A DNA stretch of 64,000 nt, taken from contig JAXGNN010000001.1 of the NCBI GenBank assembly GCA_040767925.1, positions 1,344,921 through 1,408,920 on the forward strand, given 5' to 3'. Of this stretch, positions 49,119 through 58,327 are shown one piece after another. A model generated the notes under the pieces. That model did no database searches and was not told the DNA's origin. It was given only the letters and a program-made list of their open reading frames with translations. Each line of letters opens with the position of its first letter. The stretch's first letter is position 1. A program made the position numbers and the translations under genes. Source of the stretch: Christensenellales bacterium. GTDB lineage: Bacteria > Bacillota > Clostridia > Christensenellales > CAG-138.

Positions 49119-50789
49119 ATGCCCATTCGCGCATTCGACGAGATCCGGTCCATTACCGAAAAGCTGGTGGCCATCCCCAGCGTCGTCCGGGAGCCGGGCG
49201 GAGAGACCAAATGCGCCGAGGCCATCGCCGGCTACTATCGGCAATTGCCGTATTTTCAGCGGCACCCCGAGCGGGTGCGCGTTTTCAAGACCCACGAGGA
49301 GGCGTTCCTTCGCCACTCGACCTACGCCTACGTCAAGGGGACCGGCGCGCCTTCGGCTTCCGCGCGGACGGTGATTCTGATCGGCCACATCGACACGGTG
49401 GGCGTCGAGGATTACGGCAAGGACCCGACCCTCGCCTTCGATCCCGCGCGCATCCCGGAAGTCCTCCGGCGGATGCGGGTTTCCCCGGAGGTCCTTTCCG
49501 ACATCGAGAGCGGGGAATACCTGTTCGGCCGGGGCGTGCTCGACATGAAGTCCGGCGTCGCGGTGCACATGTACCTGATCAAATACTTTTCCGAGCACCC
49601 GGAGGAACTCTGCGGCAACCTGATCGCCGTCGCCGCGTGCGACGAGGAGGAGGGCTCCGCGGGCATCATCTCCGCGCTGGACGAATTGAACGAGCTTCGC
49701 CTGCGCGAGGGCTTCGAGTATGTGGCCTGCGTCAACGCCGACTATACGACCGGCTATTATCCCGGCGACCCGGGGCGCTATGTGTATTTGGGGAGCGTGG
49801 GAAAGCAGCTTCCCGCGGCCTACGTGCTGGGCAAGGAGACGCACGTGGGCCAGCCCTTCGGCGGGTTCGACCCCAACCTGCTCACGGCGGAAATCACGCT
49901 CCGCACCTCCCTCAACGCCGAACTCTGCGACAGCGCGCACGGCGAAACGAGCGTACCCCCCGTTTCCCTCAAGCAGGCCGACTTCAAGGACGAATACACG
50001 GTGCAAACGCCGCTCAACGCCTACGCCTACTATAACGTCTTCAGCTATGTTTCCTCCCCCGTGCAGGTCATGGAGCGCTTCCTGCGGATCGTGGAGGAGG
50101 CCTTCGACGCGACGATCGGGCGCATGAACGCGCAGTACCAGAGCTACTGCGACAAGGTGGGCATCCCCTTCGCCCCGCTGCCCTGGAAGCGCAGGGTCTA
50201 TACATGGGAGCGCCTTTGCCGCGAGCTTGCGGCGGAGCACCCGGGGTTCGAAGAACATATCGCCGGCTTCGCCGCCGAACTCAACCGGCGCAACCCGAAG
50301 ATGGACCTTCGCCTGTTCAGCGTGCGGGTCATCGAGGAGGCGTGGGGCTTCATGGCCGACAAGAGCCCCGCCGCGGTGCTGTTCTTCGGCTCGAGCTTCT
50401 GCTCGAGGGTCGAGGTTTCCGGCAGGAACGCGCGCGAGCGGGAGCTGATGGAGGCGCTGCGCCTTGCGGTGGACGAGGTTTCTCCCGCGTGCCCCGATCC
50501 CATCCAGATCAAGATGTTCTATCCGTATATCGCCGACGCGAGTTTCCTCGCCCTCAGCGACAGCCCGGAGGACATTTCCGCCATGCTGCGCAACATGCCC
50601 GCGCACGGCACGAAATACCGTTTCCCCATGGAAAAAATCCTGGCGATCAACGTACCTACGGTCAACATCGGCGCGCAGGGCTGGGACGGGCACCAGGTAG
50701 CCGAGCGGGTGCACATGCGCTACACCTTCGAGACCGTGCCCGAACTCTCTTACCGCGTGATCCGCCGCCTGCTCTCCCCAAGGGATTAG
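49119..50789 (+). CDS. M20/M25/M40-family metallohydrolase, RocB-like
   Basis: LIGHIDTVG, GRGVLDMKSG, ACDEEEGSAG. ~550 aa, like RocB. Confidence 0.75.
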   Translation: MPIRAFDEIRSITEKLVAIPSVVREPGGETKCAEAIAGYYRQLPYFQRHPERVRVFKTHEEAFLRHSTYAYVKGTGAPSASARTVILIGHIDTVGVEDYGKDPTLAFDPARIPEVLRRMRVSPEVLSDIESGEYLFGRGVLDMKSGVAVHMYLIKYFSEHPEELCGNLIAVAACDEEEGSAGIISALDELNELRLREGFEYVACVNADYTTGYYPGDPGRYVYLGSVGKQLPAAYVLGKETHVGQPFGGFDPNLLTAEITLRTSLNAELCDSAHGETSVPPVSLKQADFKDEYTVQTPLNAYAYYNVFSYVSSPVQVMERFLRIVEEAFDATIGRMNAQYQSYCDKVGIPFAPLPWKRRVYTWERLCRELAAEHPGFEEHIAGFAAELNRRNPKMDLRLFSVRVIEEAWGFMADKSPAAVLFFGSSFCSRVEVSGRNARERELMEALRLAVDEVSPACPDPIQIKMFYPYIADASFLALSDSPEDISAMLRNMPAHGTKYRFPMEKILAINVPTVNIGAQGWDGHQVAERVHMRYTFETVPELSYRVIRRLLSPRD

Positions 50790-50853
50790 GGGACGGGATT
50801 CGTTTGCTTGCGGGGCAGCGGGGACGGTCCTGCCCTTCTCCCTGTGGGCAGCC

Positions 50854-50874
50854 GGGCGGATATGGAATCCGCCC
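50854..50874. repeat. Solo hairpin module (locus 8)
   Basis: GGGCGGAT-ATGGA-ATCCGCCC followed by CTAC. Confidence 0.85.
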
Positions 50875-50907
50875 CTACATAGGGCGCAATATCCCCGTCA
50901 CATGAAA

Positions 50908-50940
50908 ACGGCCTCCGCTTGAAGCGTCGGCCGTTTGTTT
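50908..50940. terminator. Imperfect hairpin between convergent genes
   Basis: AACGGCC..GGCCGTT outer stem with an A-run before and TTGTTT after. Confidence 0.4.
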
Positions 50941-50967
50941 CTTCGCATGATTCGGATTGTCGATCGC

Positions 50968-52107
50968 TCAGCGGTTCAGCATCCGCGCGACGAACGTCCT
51001 GTGCACGCGCATGGCGCCTTTGGGGCAGAACTCCTGGCAGCAGAAGCAGCGGATGCATTTCTTTTTATCAATAATGGGCAGGCGGTTTTTCATGACGATG
51101 GCCTTGGCGGGGCAGAGCTTCGCGCACTCCGCGCAGCCGATGCATAGGGGTTTTTCAACCCTGGGCCTGCGCTTGAGGAGCATCATCATCAGCGAGCGCG
51201 TGACCCCGCGCGTGTTCTTGACCGAGGTGATCTCCACCTGCGGCAGGCGCTCGCAATCGGGGATTTCAAAGGCCCTGGGGTCGCCGTAAACGGCGGCTTT
51301 CGCGAGGTCGAGGTTCACGAGCCCGCGCGCCGCGGCGCGCTCCATGGTGGGGATCTCGGAGGGATTCGCGCCGATCATGGCGCAGGCGGCGAGGTCCGCC
51401 TCGTACGGGGAGGTCGAGGCGATGACGGCGTACGCCTTGCGCGGCCTGCCGGAGGTCGGGCCGTTGCCGTCCATGGCGACGACGGCGTCGATGAGCGAGA
51501 GCCGCGGCGCGGTGTAGGCGCAAAGATCGACCAGCATGTCGGCGAACTCCGCGTGGTTCGCGTGGAGGTAATGGTATTCGAGCTTGACGGTGCCGGGCAC
51601 TGTGCCATAAAGGTTCTTGACCGCGCCGGTCAGGCCCATCATGCCATGGGTTTTCAGCTTCGAGAAGTTGATGACGGCGTCCGCGTCCCTGAGCCACGCC
51701 GTGCGCGCGAACCGCTTGGCGACGGCGGCCTCGGGATACGCGGCCTCGTACTGGGAAACGTCTAAATTGAGCTGCGCGCCGGTTTCCAGCACGCGGTCCA
51801 TCCCCGTCATGGCGTAGCTGCGCTCGAGATGCGCCTGGCTGAAGATGCCGGCGGGGCTGTCCCCCACGGTGACGGACGCGCCGCGCGCGACGAGCATGCG
51901 GCAGAGCGCCGACACCGCCGCGGGGTCCGTGCAGACCGCGAACTCCGGCGCCTTGGGCGCGGCGAGGTTGACCTTGAGGGCGATCTTCATGCCGGGCGCG
52001 ACCCAATCGAGCCCGCCGACGGCCTCTATGGCCTCGGCGAGCGCCGCGTCGAGCGCGGAGGGCGAATAATCCTCACAGCGGACGATGGCTGTGGTATAAG
52101 CGTTCAT
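50968..52107 (-). CDS. DUF362 protein with C-terminal 2x[4Fe-4S] ferredoxin domain
   Basis: KIALKVNL, and CIGCAECAKLCP .. CIRCFCCQEFCP. ATGA overlap with the typA stop. Confidence 0.78.
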   Translation of the reverse strand: MNAYTTAIVRCEDYSPSALDAALAEAIEAVGGLDWVAPGMKIALKVNLAAPKAPEFAVCTDPAAVSALCRMLVARGASVTVGDSPAGIFSQAHLERSYAMTGMDRVLETGAQLNLDVSQYEAAYPEAAVAKRFARTAWLRDADAVINFSKLKTHGMMGLTGAVKNLYGTVPGTVKLEYHYLHANHAEFADMLVDLCAYTAPRLSLIDAVVAMDGNGPTSGRPRKAYAVIASTSPYEADLAACAMIGANPSEIPTMERAAARGLVNLDLAKAAVYGDPRAFEIPDCERLPQVEITSVKNTRGVTRSLMMMLLKRRPRVEKPLCIGCAECAKLCPAKAIVMKNRLPIIDKKKCIRCFCCQEFCPKGAMRVHRTFVARMLNR

Positions 52108-53927
52108 TGCGTATCGCGCGCGGACTTTTTCATCCGCATCTCCTTACTGAGGATGCGCTTGCGCATCCGGATATTCCTGGGCGTCACCTCGACGAGTTCG
52201 TCGTCCTCGATGAACTCGAGGCACTGCTCGAGCGAGAGCACGGTGGGCGGCGTGAGGCGCAGCGCCTCGTCCGAACCGGACGCGCGCATGTTGGTGACGT
52301 GCTTCTTCTTGCAGACGTTGACCACGATGTCCTCTCCGCGCGAACATTCGCCCACGACCTGCCCTTCGTATACGGGCACGCCGGGGCCGATGAAGAGCCT
52401 GCCGCGCTCCTGCGTGTTGTAGAGGCCGTAGCTCGAGGATTCCCCCGTCTCGCTGCAGACGAGCGAGCCGTGCTCGCGCTCGTCGATCTCTCCCTTATAG
52501 GGCTCGTAGCCGTGGAAGATGTGGCTCATCACGCCGTTGCCGCGCGTGTCGGTCAACAGCTCGCTGCGGTAGCCCATCAGCCCCCGCGCGGGGATGTTGA
52601 AAAGGATGCGCACGCTCCCCTCGGTCTCGGAATGCATGTCGACGAGCTCGGCCTTTCTCGAGCCGAGTTTTTCCATGACGGCGCCGACATATTCCGCGGG
52701 AACGTCGATGGTCAACTCCTCGATGGGCTCGAGCAGCGTACCGTCCTCCTCCCGGCGGAGGATGGCCTTCGGGCGGGAAACCGCGAATTCGTAGCCCTGC
52801 CGCCGCATCTGCTCGATGAGGATCGAGAGGTGCAATTCGCCGCGGCCGGACACCTTGAAGGTATCGGTCGACTCCGTCTCCTCCACGCGCATGGAGACGT
52901 TGGTCTCCACCTCCTTCATGAGGCGGTCGCGCAGGTTCCTGGAGGTGACGTACTTTCCCTCGCGCCCCGCGAAGGGCGAGTCGTTGACGAGGAACATCAT
53001 CGAGACCGTCGGCTCGTCGATGTGCACGAAGGGCATGGGATCTATATGCTCGGGGTCGCAGGCGGTCTCGCCCACGGCGAGGCCCGTGACGCCCGCGACG
53101 GCGACGATATCCCCCGCGCAGGCCGCATCCACCTCGACGCGCCGCAATCCCTCGAACCGGTAGAGCCGCGTGAGCTTCACCGTACGCACGTTGTTCTCCT
53201 GCCCGCCGCAGAGCGCCAGCTGCTGCCCGCACCGGGCCGTGCCGCGCTCGATGCGGCCGATGCCGATCCTGCCCACGTACTCGTCGTAATCGATCGTGGA
53301 AAAGAGGATTTGCAGAGGCGCTTCCGCGTCGCACTCCGGCGCGGGGATGGCCGAAAGGATCGTATCGAACAGCGCGCCCATGTCCTCCCCCAAAACGTCC
53401 GGTTCCATGCCGGAGACGCCCTCGCGCGCCGAGGCGTACACGACGGGAAAGTCGATCTGCTCCGCCGTCGCGCCAAGCTCCATGAAAAGCTCCAGCGCCT
53501 CGTCCACGACCTCCATGGGACGCGCGCCGGGCCGGTCGACCTTGTTGACGACGACGATTGGGATTTTCTTCAGTTCGAGCGCCTTTCGAAGCACGAAGCG
53601 CGTCTGCGGCATGCAGCCCTCGAACGCGTCCACGAGGAGCAGTACGCCGTCCACCATCTGGAGGATGCGCTCCACCTCGCCGCCGAAATCCGCGTGGCCG
53701 GGCGTGTCGATGATGTTGATTCGGTACCCTTTATAGGACACCGCCGTGTTCTTGGAAAGTATGGTGATGCCGCGCTCCCGCTCGAGGTCGCCGGAATCGA
53801 GCACGCGCTCCTGCACGACCTCGTTGGCGCGGAAAACGCCGCTCTGCCTCAAAAGGCAGTCGACGAGCGTGGTCTTGCCGTGGTCGACGTGCGCGATGAT
53901 GGCGATGTTGCGGATCTTGTCGTTCAT
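52104..53927 (-). CDS. typA: Translational GTPase TypA/BipA
   Basis: [46 protein letters not shown]. Confidence 0.96.
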   Translation of the reverse strand: MNDKIRNIAIIAHVDHGKTTLVDCLLRQSGVFRANEVVQERVLDSGDLERERGITILSKNTAVSYKGYRINIIDTPGHADFGGEVERILQMVDGVLLLVDAFEGCMPQTRFVLRKALELKKIPIVVVNKVDRPGARPMEVVDEALELFMELGATAEQIDFPVVYASAREGVSGMEPDVLGEDMGALFDTILSAIPAPECDAEAPLQILFSTIDYDEYVGRIGIGRIERGTARCGQQLALCGGQENNVRTVKLTRLYRFEGLRRVEVDAACAGDIVAVAGVTGLAVGETACDPEHIDPMPFVHIDEPTVSMMFLVNDSPFAGREGKYVTSRNLRDRLMKEVETNVSMRVEETESTDTFKVSGRGELHLSILIEQMRRQGYEFAVSRPKAILRREEDGTLLEPIEELTIDVPAEYVGAVMEKLGSRKAELVDMHSETEGSVRILFNIPARGLMGYRSELLTDTRGNGVMSHIFHGYEPYKGEIDEREHGSLVCSETGESSSYGLYNTQERGRLFIGPGVPVYEGQVVGECSRGEDIVVNVCKKKHVTNMRASGSDEALRLTPPTVLSLEQCLEFIEDDELVEVTPRNIRMRKRILSKEMRMKKSARDTQ

Positions 53928-54012
53928 GCTTTAATCTCCTTCGTGAAACCGATCTATTATACTCTGATTTGATCTGCATAGCAAGTTTTCCGTCCAAAGC
54001 CCGCCCGCGCCG

Positions 54013-54041
54013 TTGACAAAGCCGCCGCGCGATGCTACCAT
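54013..54041 (+). promoter_or_regulatory. Candidate promoter of the TPP riboswitch-thiT unit
   Basis: TTGACA (54013-54018), 17 nt, TACCAT (54036-54041). Confidence 0.45.
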
Positions 54042-54061
54042 AAGGGCGAACGGAATACCGC

Positions 54062-54144
54062 CCGCTGGGGGAGCCGACGCGCATGCGTTCGTGCTGAGAG
54101 ATACCCTTGGAACCTGTCCGGGTAATGCCGACGAAGGGAAGCGG
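54062..54144 (+). promoter_or_regulatory. TPP (THI-box) riboswitch aptamer
   Basis: CCGCT-GGGGAGC..GCTGAGAGATACCCTTGGAACCTGTCCGGGTAATGCCGACGAAGGGA-AGCGG. Matches the conserved CUGAGA, ACCUGAUCYGGRUAAUGCC and GGGA blocks, with a P1 closing helix. Confidence 0.88.
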
Positions 54145-54182
54145 AGGACAAATACATCAAACCGCCTTCGGCGTTTGACTGT

Positions 54183-54209
54183 CCCCGCAAAAGCGCGGGG
54201 ATTTTTGTT
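54183..54209 (+). terminator. Riboswitch expression-platform terminator
   Basis: CCCCGC-AAAAGC-GCGGGG followed by ATTTTTGTT, 18 nt before the thiT ATG. Confidence 0.7.
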
Positions 54210-54226
54210 CGGAAAGGATTCGTTCC

Positions 54227-54892
54227 ATGAAATTCGTGCTGTTTGAAAAGCTCGCGGAGCTTTCGGGCAAAGAATGGGCGATGCTCATCGCGGCGCTCGT
54301 GATAGCCGCCGCGCTCATCGCCCTTTTGGCGCGGCTCAACAAGCGCCGCAAGGCAGAGGCCGCCGCGAAACCCGGCATCCCCACGCGCGTGCTCGTGCAG
54401 GGCGCGCTCTGCCTTTCCATGGCGTTCGCCTTAAGCTACGTCAAGCTCTTCTCGATGCCGCTCGGCGGCTCTGTGACGCTCTGCTCCATGCTGCCCATCG
54501 TGGTCTTCGGCTATCTGTACGGCCCGGCCTACGGCTTCTCCGTGGCGTTCGCGTACAGCATCCTCCAGATCGTGCAGGGCGCGTGGATCGTCCACCCCGT
54601 GCAGTTCGCGCTCGACTATTTCATCGCCTTCACGGCGCTGGGCCTCGGCTCCCTCTTCCCGAGAAGCTTGCCCTTGGGCATGGCGGTTTCCGGCCTCGCC
54701 CGCCTTTTGTGCAGCGTCGTCTCCGGCACGGTGTTCTTCGCGGAATACGCGACGGAGGCCGGCTACGCGAGCGCGCTGTGGTATTCCGTCGTCTACAACG
54801 CCTCGACCATCGGCGTGGAAACCGCGCTGTGCGCCGTCGTCGCGGCGCTGCCGCCCGTCGCGCGCGCGATAGAGCGGATCAGGAAAGCGTAA
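54227..54892 (+). CDS. thiT: Energy-coupling-factor thiamine transporter S component ThiT
   Basis: Small polytopic membrane protein directly behind a TPP riboswitch. ThiT-like helices (LSYVKLFSMPLGGSVTL..). Extra N-terminal TM segment. Confidence 0.78.
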   Translation: MKFVLFEKLAELSGKEWAMLIAALVIAAALIALLARLNKRRKAEAAAKPGIPTRVLVQGALCLSMAFALSYVKLFSMPLGGSVTLCSMLPIVVFGYLYGPAYGFSVAFAYSILQIVQGAWIVHPVQFALDYFIAFTALGLGSLFPRSLPLGMAVSGLARLLCSVVSGTVFFAEYATEAGYASALWYSVVYNASTIGVETALCAVVAALPPVARAIERIRKA

Positions 54893-54902
54893 CAAGCCCC
54901 TC

Positions 54903-54928
54903 AAAGCCGGTTGCCCGCCGGCTTTTTT
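54903..54928 (+). terminator. Intrinsic terminator after thiT
   Basis: AGCCGG-TTGCCCG-CCGGCT followed by TTTTT. Confidence 0.7.
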
Positions 54929-54951
54929 ATCCCCGTACATAGAAAATTCAC

Positions 54952-54980
54952 TCGCCAGAACGGGGCTTCGGCGGTATAAT
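54952..54980 (+). promoter_or_regulatory. Candidate promoter placing the TSS at or next to the M23 gene ATG
   Basis: TCGCCA (54952-54957), 17 nt, TATAAT (54975-54980). ATG at 54988, only 7 nt after the -10. Confidence 0.35.
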
Positions 54981-54987
54981 TTAGGAC

Positions 54988-56178
54988 ATGAGGAAAAACG
55001 CGAACATCGTGTCGGACGAAGCGGAGCGGCTTGAGCGGGAGGAACGGCGCACGCAGGGCCGCCGTCGCGCGTTGCTCTATGCCTTCGCGCTGCTGATGGG
55101 GGGCGCCATCGCCGGCGCCTATTTCGCGCGCGGCGCGAGCTTCGCGCCCGTCTGGGCGCTCGCGACGCCCGCTCCCTCCCCCTCTCCCTCCGCCATGCCC
55201 GCATCCTCGCCCTCCCCGGGGGCGGCAAAGGACACGCCGGGCCCTTCGCCGGACGATACGAAGCCATTCTCCCCGACGGCCATCTATGTGGACGGGGCGC
55301 TCGCGGGCGTCATCGCCAGCCGGGAGGCCGCCGAGGCGCTGCTGGCCGACGTTTCCTCTTACTTCCAGATGAAGGTGGACGGCATCGGCGTCCTTGTGAC
55401 GAGCGTCGAGAGCGAGATCGAGTTGAAGGACGCGCCGCCCGACGAAATTGCCGGGCTTTCCACCTACGAGTCGCTCTTCGCGCGCTTCACGGCGGAGGAC
55501 ACGCCCCTTACCGTCGTCACTTTGCTCAGCTCGGAGAGCTTTTCCTCTGTTTCATGCGAAACAAAAACGGGAACCACAAAATATCTCCTCCGGGGCACGC
55601 GGCTCATCGCCAGCATGGGGCGGGACGGCAGCACGCACACGGTGAGCGTTTCCCGCTACGTCAACGGCAGGCCCGACGGCAAGCCGGAGGAGGTGAGCGC
55701 GAGCGTCGTCGCGCCGGTCGACGCCGTCGTATTCGAGGGGACGAAAGCCGTCGATAAAGACGCGGAACCCGGCAAAAGCGAGGGGCAGAAAGGCCCGGAC
55801 GCGGGAGAACTTTCCTTCATACGGCCTGCGCGCGGTGCGGACATTGTGGTGAACTTCGGGCAGTACCGCGGCGTGCTGCACCTCGGCCTCGATTTCGGCG
55901 TCGCCGCGGGCGATCCGGTGCTCGCCTCGTGCGCGGGGGTCGTCGTCTGCGCGATGGAGCGCGGCGGCTACGGATTGATGATCGAGATCGACCACGGAAA
56001 CGGCTTCGTCACGCGCTACGCGCACCTTCAGAGCGCCGCGGTGGATCTCGGGCAGACGGTTGCCCAGGGGGACGTGATCGGCGCGGCGGGCATGAGCGGC
56101 AACTGCAAAAATCCCGTGCTGCATTTTGAACTCCGCGTCGACGGCATCGCCTACAACCCGCGCTTTTATCTCGATTGA
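54988..56178 (+). CDS. Membrane-anchored M23 (LytM) peptidase
   Basis: N-terminal TM ALLYAFALLMGGAIAGAYF, Pro/Ser/Ala linker. Catalytic HLGLDF .. GYGLMIEIDHGNGFVTRYAHL .. PVLHFELR. Confidence 0.88.
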   Translation: MRKNANIVSDEAERLEREERRTQGRRRALLYAFALLMGGAIAGAYFARGASFAPVWALATPAPSPSPSAMPASSPSPGAAKDTPGPSPDDTKPFSPTAIYVDGALAGVIASREAAEALLADVSSYFQMKVDGIGVLVTSVESEIELKDAPPDEIAGLSTYESLFARFTAEDTPLTVVTLLSSESFSSVSCETKTGTTKYLLRGTRLIASMGRDGSTHTVSVSRYVNGRPDGKPEEVSASVVAPVDAVVFEGTKAVDKDAEPGKSEGQKGPDAGELSFIRPARGADIVVNFGQYRGVLHLGLDFGVAAGDPVLASCAGVVVCAMERGGYGLMIEIDHGNGFVTRYAHLQSAAVDLGQTVAQGDVIGAAGMSGNCKNPVLHFELRVDGIAYNPRFYLD

Positions 56179-56262
56179 CGGCGCGGTGCGGCGCGCTTGC
56201 AAAGAAGGCCCGTTTAGTGGTAAGATACAAAGGCTGACGATTTGAAGGAGGCTTTTTTAGAC

Positions 56263-56466
56263 ATGCCTTTTTTGAAATTCCGCTGCAAAAAGTGCGGCAA
56301 GGTGTTTGACGAGCTGGTGGCGCTCTTAGCCATGGACAAGGTCAGATGCCCCGAATGCGCGGGCGAAACCGAGAGGGCTTACGAAGGGAAATGCGCGGGC
56401 GGCAAGGGATGCTGCGGCGACGGGTGCGGGGGCGACTGCTGCACCTGCGGCGGCTGCTCCCACTGA
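56263..56466 (+). CDS. FmdB-family zinc-ribbon protein with Cys/Gly-rich tail
   Basis: Start at ATG 56263 (GAAGGAGG RBS). FRCKKCG..RCPECAG zinc ribbon. Tail GKCAGGKGCCGDGCGGDCCTCGGCSH. Confidence 0.8.
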   Translation: MPFLKFRCKKCGKVFDELVALLAMDKVRCPECAGETERAYEGKCAGGKGCCGDGCGGDCCTCGGCSH

Positions 56467-56483
56467 GCGCTGAAAGAACGGAT

Positions 56484-57752
56484 ATGGCTTATTACATCAT
56501 CAACGGCGGCAACAGGCTCGAAGGCAGCGTGACGGTGAGCGGCGCGAAGAACGCCGCGCTCGCCATCGTCCCGGCGACGATCCTCGCGGGAGAGAGCTGC
56601 AGGCTCGAAAACCTCCCCCGCATCGAGGACGTCCACATGCTCGAGCAGATCCTTCTGAAGATCGGCGCGACGGTGGAGTCGACCGAGGACGGGAGCATGC
56701 GCATCGACCCGCGCGGCATCAACAACTACCACGTCACCTTCGACATGGTGACGAAGATGCGCGCGTCTTACTATCTCCTGGGCGCGCTGCTCGGCCGCTA
56801 CGGCCACGCGGAGGTGGCGCTCCCCGGCGGGTGCTCCATCGGGCAGCGCCCCATCGACCAGCACATCAAGGGGCTTCGCGCGCTGGGCGCGGAGGTCTCG
56901 ATCGAGCGCGGCATCGTCAAGGCGAAGGCGAAGGAGCTCGTCGGCGCGGACATCTACCTCGACGTGGTCTCCGTGGGCGCGACGATCAACATCATGCTCG
57001 CGGCGGTCGCCGCGCGCGGGCAGACCATCATCTCCAACGCGGCGAAGGAGCCGCACGTGGTCGACACGGCGAACTTCCTCAACATGATGGGCGCGCAGGT
57101 CAAGGGCGCGGGCACGGACCTCATCCGCGTCAACGGCGGCATGAAGCTGCACGGCTGCACCTACGCCATCATCCCCGACCAGATCGAGGCCGGCACCTAC
57201 ATGATCGCCGCCGCCGCGACGCGGGGCGACGTCGTTTTAAACAACATCATCCCCACCCACCTCGAGGCCATCTCCGCGAAGCTGATGGAGAGCGGCGTGC
57301 ACGTCTACGAGGGGGACGACGGGCGCGAGTTCTACATGCGCGTGAGCTGCGACGGCCGCCCCCGCGCCGTAAACATCAAGACGCTGCCGTACCCCGGCTT
57401 CCCCACCGATTTGCAGCAGCCCATGATGGCGCTCCTTACAAAGGCGGAGGGCAACAGCTTCATCGTGGAGAACATCTTCGAGTCGCGCTACAACCACGTG
57501 AGCGAGTTGCAGCGGATGGGCGCGGCTATCCTCATCAACGGCCGCACAGCGATGGTCGAGGGCGTGCCCTCGCTTTCCGGCGCGCCCCTCTACGCGAGCG
57601 ACCTGCGCGCGGGCGCGGCGCTCATCGTCGCCGCCCTCTCGGCCGAGGGGCGCAGCGAAATCCACAACATCGAATATATCGACCGCGGATACGAGTTCCT
57701 CGAGCAGAAGCTGCGCGCGCTCGGCGCGGACATCACGAGAATAGAGGAATAA
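56484..57752 (+). CDS. murA: UDP-N-acetylglucosamine 1-carboxyvinyltransferase
   Basis: Start at ATG 56484. VSGAKNAALAI, LPGGCSIGQRPIDQH (active-site Cys), PGFPTDLQ. Confidence 0.96.
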   Translation: MAYYIINGGNRLEGSVTVSGAKNAALAIVPATILAGESCRLENLPRIEDVHMLEQILLKIGATVESTEDGSMRIDPRGINNYHVTFDMVTKMRASYYLLGALLGRYGHAEVALPGGCSIGQRPIDQHIKGLRALGAEVSIERGIVKAKAKELVGADIYLDVVSVGATINIMLAAVAARGQTIISNAAKEPHVVDTANFLNMMGAQVKGAGTDLIRVNGGMKLHGCTYAIIPDQIEAGTYMIAAAATRGDVVLNNIIPTHLEAISAKLMESGVHVYEGDDGREFYMRVSCDGRPRAVNIKTLPYPGFPTDLQQPMMALLTKAEGNSFIVENIFESRYNHVSELQRMGAAILINGRTAMVEGVPSLSGAPLYASDLRAGAALIVAALSAEGRSEIHNIEYIDRGYEFLEQKLRALGADITRIEE

Positions 57753-57763
57753 AAGAACTTATA

Positions 57764-57786
57764 AAAGCCGGAAACGGCTTTTTTTA
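57764..57786 (+). terminator. Intrinsic terminator after murA
   Basis: AGCCG-GAAA-CGGCT followed by TTTTTTT. Confidence 0.75.
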
Positions 57787-57804
57787 CGGAGAAACGGAGC
57801 CGTT

Positions 57805-58257
57805 ATGCAGATCCTGTCCGTCCGCAAAGCTCCCGGGCGCGCCGAAGAATTCGTCGCGTATTTTCAGAAGCGCTGGGCGAGCGAAAAAGGCAAGCCGGTC
57901 TATGAGGACTGCATCAAGAACTGCCTCACTTCCCCGTCCCCCCTGCCGCAGTGGTACCTGCTTTTTGAAAACGGCAGGATCGCAGGCTGCGCGGGGCTGA
58001 TCCCCAACGATTTTATCAGCCGGATGGACCTCTGGCCGTGGCTGTGCGCGCTGTATGTCGAGGAGGATTGCCGCGGGCGCGGCCTCGGCGCGCTTCTCAT
58101 AGAGCGCTGCAAGCAGGATGCGAAGAAGCTCGGCTTTCCCGCGCTCTACCTCTGCACGGATCACATCGGCTATTACGAGCGGTATGGCTTTGAATACTTG
58201 GCCCAAGGCTATCATCCCTGGGGCGAGAGCTCGAGGATATACGAAGTACAAGTATAA
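57805..58257 (+). CDS. GNAT-family N-acetyltransferase
   Basis: LYVEEDCRGRGLGALLIERC .. YYERYGFEY. Confidence 0.78.
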   Translation: MQILSVRKAPGRAEEFVAYFQKRWASEKGKPVYEDCIKNCLTSPSPLPQWYLLFENGRIAGCAGLIPNDFISRMDLWPWLCALYVEEDCRGRGLGALLIERCKQDAKKLGFPALYLCTDHIGYYERYGFEYLAQGYHPWGESSRIYEVQV

Positions 58258-58274
58258 TGCAGGTTTATGGGAAA

Positions 58275-58301
58275 ACCGCGCGGCCGATATAACCGCGCGG
58301 T
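58275..58301. terminator. Bidirectional terminator between the GNAT gene and parB
   Basis: ACCGCGCGG-CCGATATAA-CCGCGCGGT with an A-run before and GTTT after. Confidence 0.6.
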
Positions 58302-58327
58302 CGTTTCATGTCAAATTGTGGGGAATC

